A stretch of 33,000 nucleotides of DNA from Paragordius varius (lineage: Eukaryota > Animalia > Nematomorpha), in the NCBI GenBank assembly GCA_964247055.1, contig OZ176054.1:6665001-6698000 (forward strand), written 5' to 3'. A program made the position numbers and the translations under genes. Positions 1-11,300 of this stretch are shown piece after piece. Within the stretch, counting starts at the first letter, position 1. The number at the start of each line of letters is the position of its first letter. The notes under the pieces were generated by a model. The model was not told where the DNA came from. It did not search any database and saw only the letters and a list, made by a program, of their open reading frames with translations.

Positions 1-68
1 GTATATATTTTAAACTTTCAATACAATATTTTGATGTTTTCATTAATTAAATGTTTTATTTACCATAG

Positions 69-3000
69 TGAGAATTTGATTAAACAAACGATTGATCTTT
101 TGGTCGAGAACGGCTATCAAAAATCTGGATATGAATACGTAATTATTGATGATTGCTGGGCAGAAATAGAAAGAGAACGTGTGTACGATATTAAGACAAG
201 CCAGTATGTGAATCGCTTGGTAGCAGATCGTAAAAGATTTCCCAATGGAATAAAACATCTGACTAATTATGTAATTATCATTAGATAAGTTGATATAGAT
301 TGGAAATAATAATATTTTTTGGCATATGAAGTCATTATAAAATGGATAAATTTTTGACATTTAAACTTAATAATTAAAACTTTACATATTATATTTTCTT
401 TCATTATTGAAATATGAATCATTTCCCGTGGTTTTGATTGGATCAAAAATATCTTTTTTGCCAAGAATATCACAAAAAGATGTGAAAAATATAAACCTAT
501 ATTTTATCCAAAATTTGGTAAACATTTTAAAGACTTAAGTAGAATTATATAGGATTCGTTTTGCAATATTTTAACTTTCAATATTATTGTATTTTTTCAT
601 TTGTTTTTTGAGACCAACATAATTTCCTAAATTTTATATTGTAATGAGATATATTTTAGAATTTGGACATTTTTGCATTTTTATGTTTACCAATGATGTA
701 TATATTTCTTTACAAAAGTGCATTTTTAGTACATTACCTTGTTCTTTAAAATGAACTTAAGTTTTTTAGTTTAGTATTTAAAAATTTTAATAGATATATT
801 GGTATTTTAGGCGCATGCTAAAAATATGAAACTCGGGATTTACATTGATTTTGGTCGCAAAAGTTGCACAGAGTTTAATCCAGGATCCATCAATGATTTA
901 GAAACTGATGCCAGAACATTTGCTGAATGGGAAATTGATTATGTCAAAGTTGATGGTTGTTTTTCCGAACCTATGGACATGGATATAGGTTTTTTTAATT
1001 AAAACATTTTAAATTTCAATTCATTATTCTAATTTAAAAATAATAATTTTTATCTTATCATAATTTGACCTTATCATTAATTGATGATATATTAAGGATA
1101 TCCATTGTTTGGTCATTTTTTGAATAAAACTAACAGGCCTATGGTATTCTCTTGCAGTTGGCCATACTACCAACGATATATTGGGATAGAGGTTTGTTAT
1201 CGCAAAATATAAGGGATTACTTTTATGCTAATTAAAATCCAAAAATATTTTTATTAATAACAATAAATTCTTTGGATATTAAAAATATTTTGAAACTTAT
1301 ACCAAATTCAAAAAGCTTATAATAATAAAAATTATTCCTTTTTTGCATGCAAAATATATCATTGTATATGTTTTATAGGAATATTTAGTAAAATCCAAAC
1401 ATATAAACGTTTAAGAGAATAAATATTAAAACCAATATATAATATTATTATATGGTTTTTAGCTTTTGATAATTATATTCCAATGATAATTATAATTATC
1501 TTTATACATTAAGGATTAATTAATTAATTTCTCTGTATCCCTATTTTATCAGCCAGATTACAGGTACATTGCTAAACATTGCAATTTATGGCGCAATTAT
1601 TGGGACATTCGAGATCAATGGAACTTGATTCGCGAAATCATAACGTATTATGCTTATAAACAAGATGTCCTTATACCTAATGCTAAACCAGGCGCATGGA
1701 ATGATCCTGATCAGGTCAATAAAAAGATAAAATAGTAGCTAGCCATTGGGGGTATTAGATTCTAACTTAACTCTAGTGGCTTTTGAAAAGTTGGTCAAAT
1801 CTTGCAATTCTCTTCTCACATACTTAGCTAGCTACAGACATGTATCCTTTATTTTATCAAAAATTTATATTTTTTCGTTAAATGGGTATAAATATTTGTT
1901 AAAGAATGGAAAAATGAAGAGCTCTATGGTATTAACAATATCATATTCATTAAAAAAGTATAAGAATTACCATAGAGCTCTTGTTTTTTCCATTCTTTAC
2001 CAGATATTTATACCCATTTAACGAAAAAAAGATATTTTTGATAAAAGAGATGCATGACTGTAATAGAGCTGTCTTGAAAAATTTTCAGATGCTATATCTC
2101 AAAAACTATTTATTTAAATTTTTTGATCATGGAGAAAATGCAAAATAAGCGTTATTTGACTAAATTTGGGTGGAATTTTTGGCACAAATTTGTGTTTCCA
2201 AACCCATTTTAGAAACATATAATTAATAACAATGTATGTTTTGGTGAAAAGCAAAAAATACGGTATGAGCTATTAATTTTTAGATGTAGCAATATAGGGT
2301 ATATTATAAATCTAATATTTTAAAACATTTTGGAGATTTGATTTACTTAACTACCCATATAGCATATTTTTAAATTGAACGACAATTGCTATCAGAGTAT
2401 TATTATATCTTGATTTTTAGCCATTTTCATTGGTCATTGTTAACTATTTTATTGATTGATGACTAAGTTTGACCATTATGAACAAGAAATACGATGGCAA
2501 AATCATATTGGTTTTCCTAACAAATATAATGTTTTTTACATTTTCCACATCCTTTATTACCAGTATGATTAACATATAAAAATAATTATAAAACATGTGT
2601 TTATTTAAACAATATTAAAATATTTATCATGCCTGCTGTTATCAGGGTAAAATTCCCACCAACCATCGTTTTCCAATCTAATAGCCTTAAGACAGTTGCT
2701 CTAAAATCGAAAGATGTTGATGGTTGATTTGACACCCCTTTTTTCTTGGTTTTGTATTGTGTTTATTAATAAATAATCAAACTTAATATCCGAATTGCTG
2801 TTTACTTGTTTGGTAAGACAGGGAATTTTATTCCGAACGCCGTCTTCATATATTGTTACAACTTTTTCCTTTTTGCGAGCATTTTGCCGAAAATTCAATA
2901 TGCATTGATTCACAGCTCTCCTTATTTTTATAATCACTTAGACACTTTTTATTGTAATTATAAATAAAATAAATATTCTGCTAGATCAACTAATTTGACT

Positions 3001-5362
3001 TTCGCTACGAGATTTCTTATATCAGAAAAAACGATATCGGAATCAATGAATGAAATAAATGTTAAAATGGCCAATCAATATGGCTAAAAATTAAAATATC
3101 ATAATACCTTTTTACTGTAAAATGCTTCATGGCGGTTGTTAGGAAATTCAGAATTTGTCCAAAAACTTGAAATAAATATTCAATTTTAATCATGCTTAAT
3201 TCTTACAACTTAAAAATTATTAAACTAAAACCGTATTTTGTTTTACGACAGTTCTTTATTAGTTTTACGGTTTATAAAAGAGTATAAAGGGTAGAGAAAA
3301 CACATATTCACACCAAAAATCACGCTCAATTTATCTAAATTTATATATTATCTTTATTTTTACCTCATTTACATAATTCAAAAATTTACCGAGTTTTCGA
3401 GAGATTACTTCAACGTAAATATATGTATGAAAAAAAACAGACTGGCAAACTTTACGCTCCTAATAAACAAATAAAAATCCTACTGTTCAGTTTACAATCA
3501 CACAGCCCATCATGAAGTCTTTTTATAGCATCAGTTTTATTTAATAAGCAGCACAGATAAATTTTGATTATTCTGCATTTTTTTTCGTATATCGTTAAAT
3601 AGGCTAAAATACTAGTTTAGGTTTAATTTGGGGCTACTATTAAATAACTTATATTCTATTTTTTTTATAAAATATATCTCTGTAATTAAAGTCCTGCGTA
3701 TATCAAGCCATATATTTCGCCAATGTGATAAATACAAATATAAAACTTTTTTTGCAACTTGGCCTCTGCCATGCTAAAATGTGCTTCTCATAATCTTTTT
3801 TTTTTGAAAAAATAGCGCCTATTAGCAAATCGCCTGCTGCATGCATTTTTCCGTTGTCAAATAAGCTTTTTTTATATTTGCTCAAAGTTAAAAATACCTT
3901 AGGCAGTATTATGGGATTCTCATAATGAACCACTAAGTATTTTTATCATTTTTTTACAAATGTTCGGTGAATATTTTTTATTACGTATTATAAATAAGGG
4001 GTCATGATGCGTAGAGCCATTTATGTTTTTTCGCAATCGATTATGAGAGGGGCCCACTCTAAACATGTCACTTTTATATTTAATGCAGTTAATGGTCGGA
4101 ACGCCCGGATTAAGTTTTGAAGAAGCAAAGGCACACATGGCTATATGGGCCATTCTAGCAGCTCCCTTAATCATGTCCAATGATATTGTCAAGGTCCCCG
4201 AACGTATAAGAAAGGAAATCCTACAAAATTCTGAGATTATTGCTGTAAATCAAGATGTCTTGGGTATTCAAGGACGTATGTTATATCAAGTAATTTGGAA
4301 ATTGTGTATAATATATTTGTATAATGTAGAGTCATTTCTATTTCAAATAAAACAGCCACTATGCGCATGAACATATGAAAATGATTTTGAATCTGTACAA
4401 TTTTCTATCCCTACCATGATATAGGGTTAATGGGTTTTAATTTATTAAGGGTAAATTGTGTGACTGCGCATTTAATCGTTCTTGGCTACAAACAATTCAT
4501 TTATAACATTTATTAAATTATGTCCTAATACGTATAAAACCGAAGTTAACCTTTTTGCTTTTAATTCAAATACATAATTATCTTTTTTATATTGAGTTGC
4601 TTGATAAAAAAGAATTTGTATATTTATTCATGGTTGATGTTGTTAAATAGGTTTGTGGTAAATTTTCATTAACTACTACAAAACAAATATCTTTTTTAAT
4701 AATTATTAATAAACAATTATATAAAGTTGATAAAATAGGATAAATTCAAAATAATGCTATCAATTAATTAATTATATAAGTATCAGAAATCAACAATCTT
4801 TTTGTCTTTTATGTTTTTATCATTACTTAATTAAAAAGAGGATCATAGATTCAAAATTTATAATTTTACACATACGCGTTATATTGATAATAAAACCCAT
4901 AAATATTTACGATTTGTTAGCAAGATTTAGTGCAAGTATGGTTAAAGCCCATTGCTCCACTGGGAACCAAATATGCCGTAGCATTTTTATACGCATTCCC
5001 TGATGACACTTTTTTCTCGATAAATGGCCATAACATTGGTGGGAATATTGTTAAATCTAATGGGTTGTTAGATTCAGAGAGTACGACTCCAGAAATAAGT
5101 GCTTCTATCAAAAAGCATTCTTTTACATTCCATTTCAGTGCTTTGGGAATTGAAAGCGACCACAAACAACATTTTCTTTTCAAAGATTTATATGGTACAC
5201 ATTTTTTCTACCAATTATTTTTATTTTATTATCTTTTCCGTTCAAATTATTTTTGTTATTAAAATAGATCACAACAATCAATGGGTTATGTTGCCTCATG
5301 AAAATAAAACAATTAAAATAGCCAAACCTGGTGTTAAATTTTATATGGTATTAAAATCTTAA
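69..5362 (+). CDS. NAGA: Glycoside hydrolase family 27 enzyme (alpha-N-acetylgalactosaminidase / alpha-galactosidase A-like), 5'-partial, 7 exons in window
   Basis: Exons 69-270, 811-988, 1097-1191, 1553-1714, 4089-4289, 4921-5194, 5268-5362 (stop TAA), all GT-AG and in phase. The spliced protein has GH27 motifs IIDDCW, RFPNG, KLGIY, YVKVDGC (nucleophile Asp), FSCSWPYY, LWRNYWDI (acid/base Asp), PGAWNDPD, WAILAAPLIMSND and IAVNQD. The first five introns and the upstream acceptor fall at the same positions and phases as in human GLA (S|E, Y|, G|Y, |P, DPDx|L, Q|). The first exon(s) lie upstream of the window. NAGA versus GLA orthology is not resolved. Confidence 0.95.
1852..2046. repeat. Hairpin / MITE-like inverted repeat in GH27 intron
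   Basis: Arms 1852-1931 and 1968-2046 are near-complementary (TTCGTTAAATGGGTATAAATAT...GAAGAGCTCTATGGTA versus TACCATAGAGCTCTTG...ATATTTATACCCATTTAACGAA), with a 36-nt loop. Confidence 0.85.
2090..3410. mobile_element. Old long-inverted-repeat element relic in GH27 intron
   Basis: About 2090-2460 aligns by eye with the reverse complement of ~3045-3410 (e.g. AAAATACGGT, TTTTTAGCCAT..ATTGG.CATT). The copies are strongly diverged and the centre has no recognisable ORF. Confidence 0.5.
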
Positions 5363-5793
5363 ACCTTGAATGATATAAACTATATTTAATTTTGAATCTC
5401 TTCTAAAATTCTCAAATAAAAGGACAATTAATTGAAACCAAATATAAATGTTTATCATACGTATATATTTAATTTTATGCTTATTGTTATAAATTATAAT
5501 CAAATATGGCATTTACTAAGTTTCATACTTCCATTTTTATTACACTAATATTTAATTATATTTTTAGGGAGTTTATATAATAAATTATTGCATATCAAAC
5601 AATTATTAATTTATATATATTCAATAAATTTTATTTTATCCATATTTTCCCCGTTAAATTTTAAACAAAAATTATTTACTTTCGATTTCATGATGTTTTC
5701 TGATTTTAGCAAAAAAGTTTTATGGTGTTAGAGTTAATCCATTGTTGCAGTTTTAAATCCACCTATAATTTAGTCGCATCTATCTAAAATGGT

Positions 5794-5822
5794 ATAATAT
5801 ATATATATATATATATATATAT
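5794..5822. repeat. (TA)n microsatellite
   Basis: Visible TA run. Similar runs occur at ~10435-10453, 25522-25548 and 27531-27550. Confidence 0.85.
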
Positions 5823-5845
5823 TTAATAAAGGTAAAATACCATTA

Positions 5846-6052
5846 CAGTATGCATTTTAATGTATGTTCATTAATTATATTGCCAGTCGAATAACATAAA
5901 TGGTTTATCCAATGCGTCAAATACTGACCCACGAAATTATTTCGAAGTACACATATGAAAGAGGATTGACGTGAGAATTAACATAGGCTTTAATTTGATG
6001 GATATTTTATAATGTTAAATTTTGAGATTATTATAGCAATTTATGTTAACAT
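5846..6052 (+). repeat. ~200-bp dispersed repeat, copy 1
   Basis: Direct similarity to 20738-20937 (CAGTATGCATTTT...ATTGCCAGTC...AACATAAATGGTTTATC...GTACACATATGAAAGAGGAT...CGTGAGAATTAACATAGGCTT). Confidence 0.85.
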
Positions 6053-6254
6053 TTGTAATATTGTTGTTACTTATTTAGATGCGGAATTTTGTGGGTTTTT
6101 ATCTTTGATAAATTAATAAATAGTAAAATACGTATTTTAAGATTTTTATGTTAATTATTCCTAAATTTAATAATAAATATTTTTCAACATGCTAAATACC
6201 TGTATTAATCAATCTTGGTATTATAATTTTATATAGTTGTTATTACTAATTAAA

Positions 6255-6845
6255 AAAACACAGGTAAATATATATTTGTGAAAATTTAAGTAGATTTTAG
6301 ATTTTTGTCTTTTATGTTTTGCATTGTTAATTATTAATAATTTTTAAGTATTTCAGACATTTTCAGGTAAATTTCGGTTTTTAAATTTAGTCAAATTTAA
6401 TTTTTTTCGTTTTTTTTATGTAACATTGTTAATTGTAATCAATTACTACATATTTTGGACATTTTAATAAATGATAAAATTGCGGTTTTTAACAAATTTA
6501 GTAAAAAAAATTTTTTGGTTTTGCATTGTTAATTGTAATTAATTACTACATATTTTGGACATTATAAATACAGGTAAAAATTGCGGTTTTTAACAAATTT
6601 CAAATTTAACATTTTTTGTATTTTGTATCATTGTTATTAATTACTAAATATTTTGGACATATAAAAAACAGGGGAAAATTGCGGTTTTTAGTAAATTAGT
6701 AAAATTTTTAATTTTTTGTTTAACCTTGCTAATTTATTAATTACTTTATATTTTTTATACATTGATATATACAGGTAAATATTACTATGATTTGCGGTTT
6801 TTTAAATTTTTAGGAAAATTTTTTGTTTTGCATTGATAACTAATA
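6255..6845. repeat. Degenerate ~90-bp tandem minisatellite, ~6-7 units
   Basis: Recurring blocks CATTGTTAATT, AATTACTACATATTTTGGACAT, CAGGTAAA and TTGCGGTTTTT at ~90-bp spacing. Confidence 0.8.
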
Positions 6846-7179
6846 TACAAATATAGTTATTTCTGAGCATACAAATAAAAAAGCATGTTACGGTTTTAGG
6901 TTTGACATTTTATTTTCCAAATCCAACGATGTATATTTTAACAAACATCTTATGTCACCCATTTCCTCAGAATTGTGAATATTCGTTCGTTTTCAAATTT
7001 ATGGTAATATTAATTGTTTTTTACAAATTTTTACCCAAATTTAAAAAAGCAAACGTATCTTTAAGCCAAAATTCTGAGGTGAGAGAAATGCATCATCGAA
7101 TAAAAAAGTATTTAAAATCTTAAAGTGTTTATTCCCGTTTTCATAATGCTCCAAAATACCATAAAACTCGCTTCACCAA

Positions 7180-7400
7180 TATTTTGCTGGAAATTAAATT
7201 TTAGGCATATTATCTTTTTGGTAAAAAACTTTTTGTTGTCATAAATTAGCATATGTTTAAGATATTATCGCATAATCTCAGGCTCTTTCGCTTTTGTTTC
7301 AAAAGAATTTGCCCATTTTGGACGGGTCTACGACTTTAAACTTTCGAAGCCCACATGTAAAAAAATATTTAGGTATTGTTTTGCTTTTTAAATGTAGTTT
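7180..7400 (-). repeat. Dispersed repeat related to 14900-15070
   Basis: The reverse complement shares ATGTGGGCT, AATTCTTTT.AAA, GCCTG.ATT..GCGATA and AAA.ATATGCTAA in colinear order with 14900-15070. Confidence 0.5.
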
Positions 7401-8371
7401 ATCATATAATTTAGGGATATTTTTTGGAATGGGCTTTTTTAATAAAATATCTAAGAAAATGCTAGCAGCTACCACAAAAGTGAAAATAATAATAGCATTC
7501 TAAAATCACTCGTAAGGGATAAAACCCAAAGCATCTTCTAATCATGATATTTACTCATATTTCATCAGGAATATTTTTTGTGTTTAGTTTTTTAAATACT
7601 AAAACAATCTAATTTTTCTTGCATTCCCAAGTTTATAATAATATGTAAATTTTAAGGTAATTTGTTTGGAAACATAGAATTTTAAAATTAATTTCTTAAG
7701 ATAAGCTGATTGCTTGAAATCAGGTTCATGAGTTTATTTTACCTGGCAACATTCCAAAAATATAAAAGTTTCACACTAAATTCCACCAAATCTGGCCTTA
7801 TGATTTATTGCAGAATGGTTATTTTACTAATTCCACTTAAAATAAAAACATTTGTTATTGATTATTTATTTATTTTATTTAAAATGGTAATTTTAACGCT
7901 GCAAACACAGTTCGATTAATCAAATGTTTAATCAAACGTGATAGGTAACTTATACTTTCTCTGTTAAACATAATTTAAAGTATAGTTGATTATATTTAAA
8001 AAATTCTTATAAATTCAAATTATTATTTATTTTAAACTATTACATTTTTATAAAAATTGTATGATAGGTGTTATATAAAATCTTTCTCGTAAGGCTAATA
8101 ACATTTACCGGAAATAAGGTGTTTATCAAATTAACTACATATAAAAAATGTTGACTCTAGCATAAAAACAATATTATATCAGACGCTTCTAGTGTTGATA
8201 TATCGAAATTTCAAAAATAAAAAATATTTTAAGGTTAAATAACAATATTGAGAATCATATATCTGATAAATGTTAAATTGATAACATACTCGATAATTTT
8301 ACAAGCTAAAACGATACCCTTTCACGCGTATACATCCAATGTTTTCATTTTTTATTTTTACATCAAATAAT

Positions 8372-11300
8372 ATGTATTGCTATCTAATCCTGATTGCCAT
8401 GTTAACCTTTTACAATAACTTTAAGGGGAGTGAAGCGTTAAAAGTACCACTAGGTTGGTCAATTTATCAAAAGTTTATTACAAAATATGAGGGATTAGCT
8501 AATTTTACATTTCAATTTTCTGGGGGAACATTTGAACATAAAAACGTCAATTACACGACAATTTTGGGACTAAGCCCACCTGCCCAATATGGTCTAGTTG
8601 ATGGAAATTACGCGGTTACACATAATAATGATGAAGCGCTAAAGGGAGAAATCGTTTTGACTCGTAAGTAAATAACATATCAATAACATTTTGTTTAAAT
8701 ATTACACAGTAATAATTTGTAATTTACAAAACGTATATAAATTTTTTAAAAGACAACCATTCCATTTCAATCACTGATATTTCCAACATATACTATTCGA
8801 AAGAATTTTAAATAATGTAATTGGATTTATTACTAATTAACTTATATTCTTTATTTTGCAATTTAAAACGATAAGTAATATAATATTGGAAAAATTATGG
8901 TTTTTTAGAAAAAAAAATATTTGTTTTCATTTTTCTACTTCTCCGTTTAATTTTTTTACGCTAATAAAATTTGAGGAGAACTCATGGTTAATAGCAATTA
9001 TGGACTTTTGATAACAGATATTGTTGCTCATATATTTTTTATTTTTATACCCTTTAAAACCATTATTTTATTAATTATCATATTAGTTATGTTGCCAAAT
9101 AATTTTTTTATTTGACGGCACTGAGAACGACGAAAATTTTATGTTATGATAATTAATTAAACATTTATATATACTATATACCAAGGGTGGCCAAACGGTA
9201 GACCGCGGTCGATACGTGCCCGTGAGACTCCAAAACGTGCCGACTGAAAAAATCTTAAAAAATAAAAAATATTTTTGCATGGAATTTTTCACAAAAGTTA
9301 ATTTATGCAGAAACGAGAGTTATAATTGATTATATATTAAAATTTTAATTGCGTAAATAAACTGTGGTGCCTGTTCGCAAAATATAATGTTAGTTATAAT
9401 TTTAACAAAAATTTAATATCTAACACTTGCAAAAATATAAAATCCTTTAGACAATTAAAAACGAAACGTTTATAATGGTTCTTGTTAAAATGAAAAAAAG
9501 ATATTTAAATTATATCATAGCCATAATATTAATAAAAATGGAATATTACGGTGAGCAGACACAATGCTAGTTTTCATTAAACATTGCCAGATAGCACATG
9601 AAACAAAAAGAATTATCATCGGCTAATAATAGTAAAAAGTGAATAAAATATCTATAAGCCAATAAAAATTCCTTTGAATATATATACATGACAATAATTA
9701 ATGAAGACTAGCATAAAACTCATACTCTAATTAAGCAATAATAGGGCAGCAAGTGTTTTTGTTTGCTTAGAAGCAAAAAATTCAATAGTTTTTGGCAATA
9801 TTTTAAAGGTTTTTGTAAAAAATATCCAAAGACCTTTTAATGTTTTTCGTGGTTAGTGAGATGTTAGTAAAATATATTATAATTTGTATTTCTGTTATCA
9901 TCTAGCTAATCATTATAACTACAAGATATCAGAAAATTCAGAAATAACAATGGAAATAGATGTTAACCAATATTTTAGGACCGGTGACCTGGAACATAAC
10001 ATTACATTGATTGAAGTTTTGTCACGGAAGGTAGTGAAATTGAATCCACAAAAGGGTGTTTGCTTATTGGAAAAAAGAGGGTTTATAGACGAATTGGGAA
10101 GCTACCATATTATTGCTAATGATAAGATCATCAGAACGTTTGATGTCATATATGCTGCACCAACTATTAAAATTTACAAAACATATAATAGAAGATTCCT
10201 GCATAAACAAAATTGTCAGAAGCTGTTTTTAAATCAAAATTTAACTCAAAAATGTCTTTTTGAACTAGAGGATAAAAATGGAGTCGTTTTAAAAACTGGT
10301 CGGGGATTAATAAATATTAATATATCAGTAACTCACAACGATATATATACACTAAAAGTAAATAACGTCCATATCCGAAAATGGAATATAACTGTACAAA
10401 GTATGTATTTACTCTTTTATCTAAAGTCTTTATTATATATATATATATATATACCATTTACAATTCAATTTCACCCTTAAACAATTCAAATTCACCCTCG
10501 AACAATTCAAATTCACCCTCAAATAAAATATATGTTTTTTAAGATTAAAAATTACCTATATTTTATATATTTTTCAAAAATAAAAATTTTGTTTTAAATT
10601 AAAATAATACTGAAAAAATAATAAACTATACCATAAACATATATTTCATATTAATAATGAGTTATATTAGTTCGAAAACAATTTATTTTTAGGGTGAATT
10701 TGAATTGTTCAAAGGTGAATTTGCATTGTTCAAGGGTGAATTTGAACTGTAAATGGTATATATATATATTATATATATTGTAATTTTTAGTGGAATAGGA
10801 ATATTATATATTATCCCAATATAATTTATTAAAAATGAATTATTTATATAATATGTGTAAAGTTTATTAATATTGATGACATAATTTTTATGTTGTTGTA
10901 TTTTTAGGTATGGGCAATCACTTTGAAACAAGTAAACATGAAAACTATTTTTATAATGCAATTTTGATAAATCGTTTGATATACGTTAGTCTGATACATA
11001 ATATGCTACATAGATAGCTCAAGGAAATATTATGACTGTGATAGCTATGTAAAATTTTCTACACTTGGGTGGAATATCCATACTACGATAATCCTAGGCC
11101 CGTCATACGAATCGATTTCTGCAATTCGGTGTCTCAGACAGTCGATCAAAAACAGTTGGTCTTGTCGGGTCTGAAACCTGTTTTTTACAATTATTCGTAT
11201 ATTTATCTGAAAAAATATAAATATCTCCATAAAATAAATTTGGAATGTGTAAAATGCAAAGAAAGTTCCCAAGGTATAATAGTTGAATTACATATATAAT

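Noticed and set aside
1746-2021. 91-aa ORF in GH27 intron
   Set aside because: It runs through the hairpin repeat and has no motifs or splice support.
10461-10520. Short direct repeats as a CRISPR-like array (also the 6255-6845 array)
   Set aside because: There are no unique spacers and no cas genes, and the context is eukaryotic intron/TE.
10689-10961. ORF with NSPLNN repeats
   Set aside because: It is the translation of the MITE's 20-bp subterminal repeats and is antisense to a real exon.
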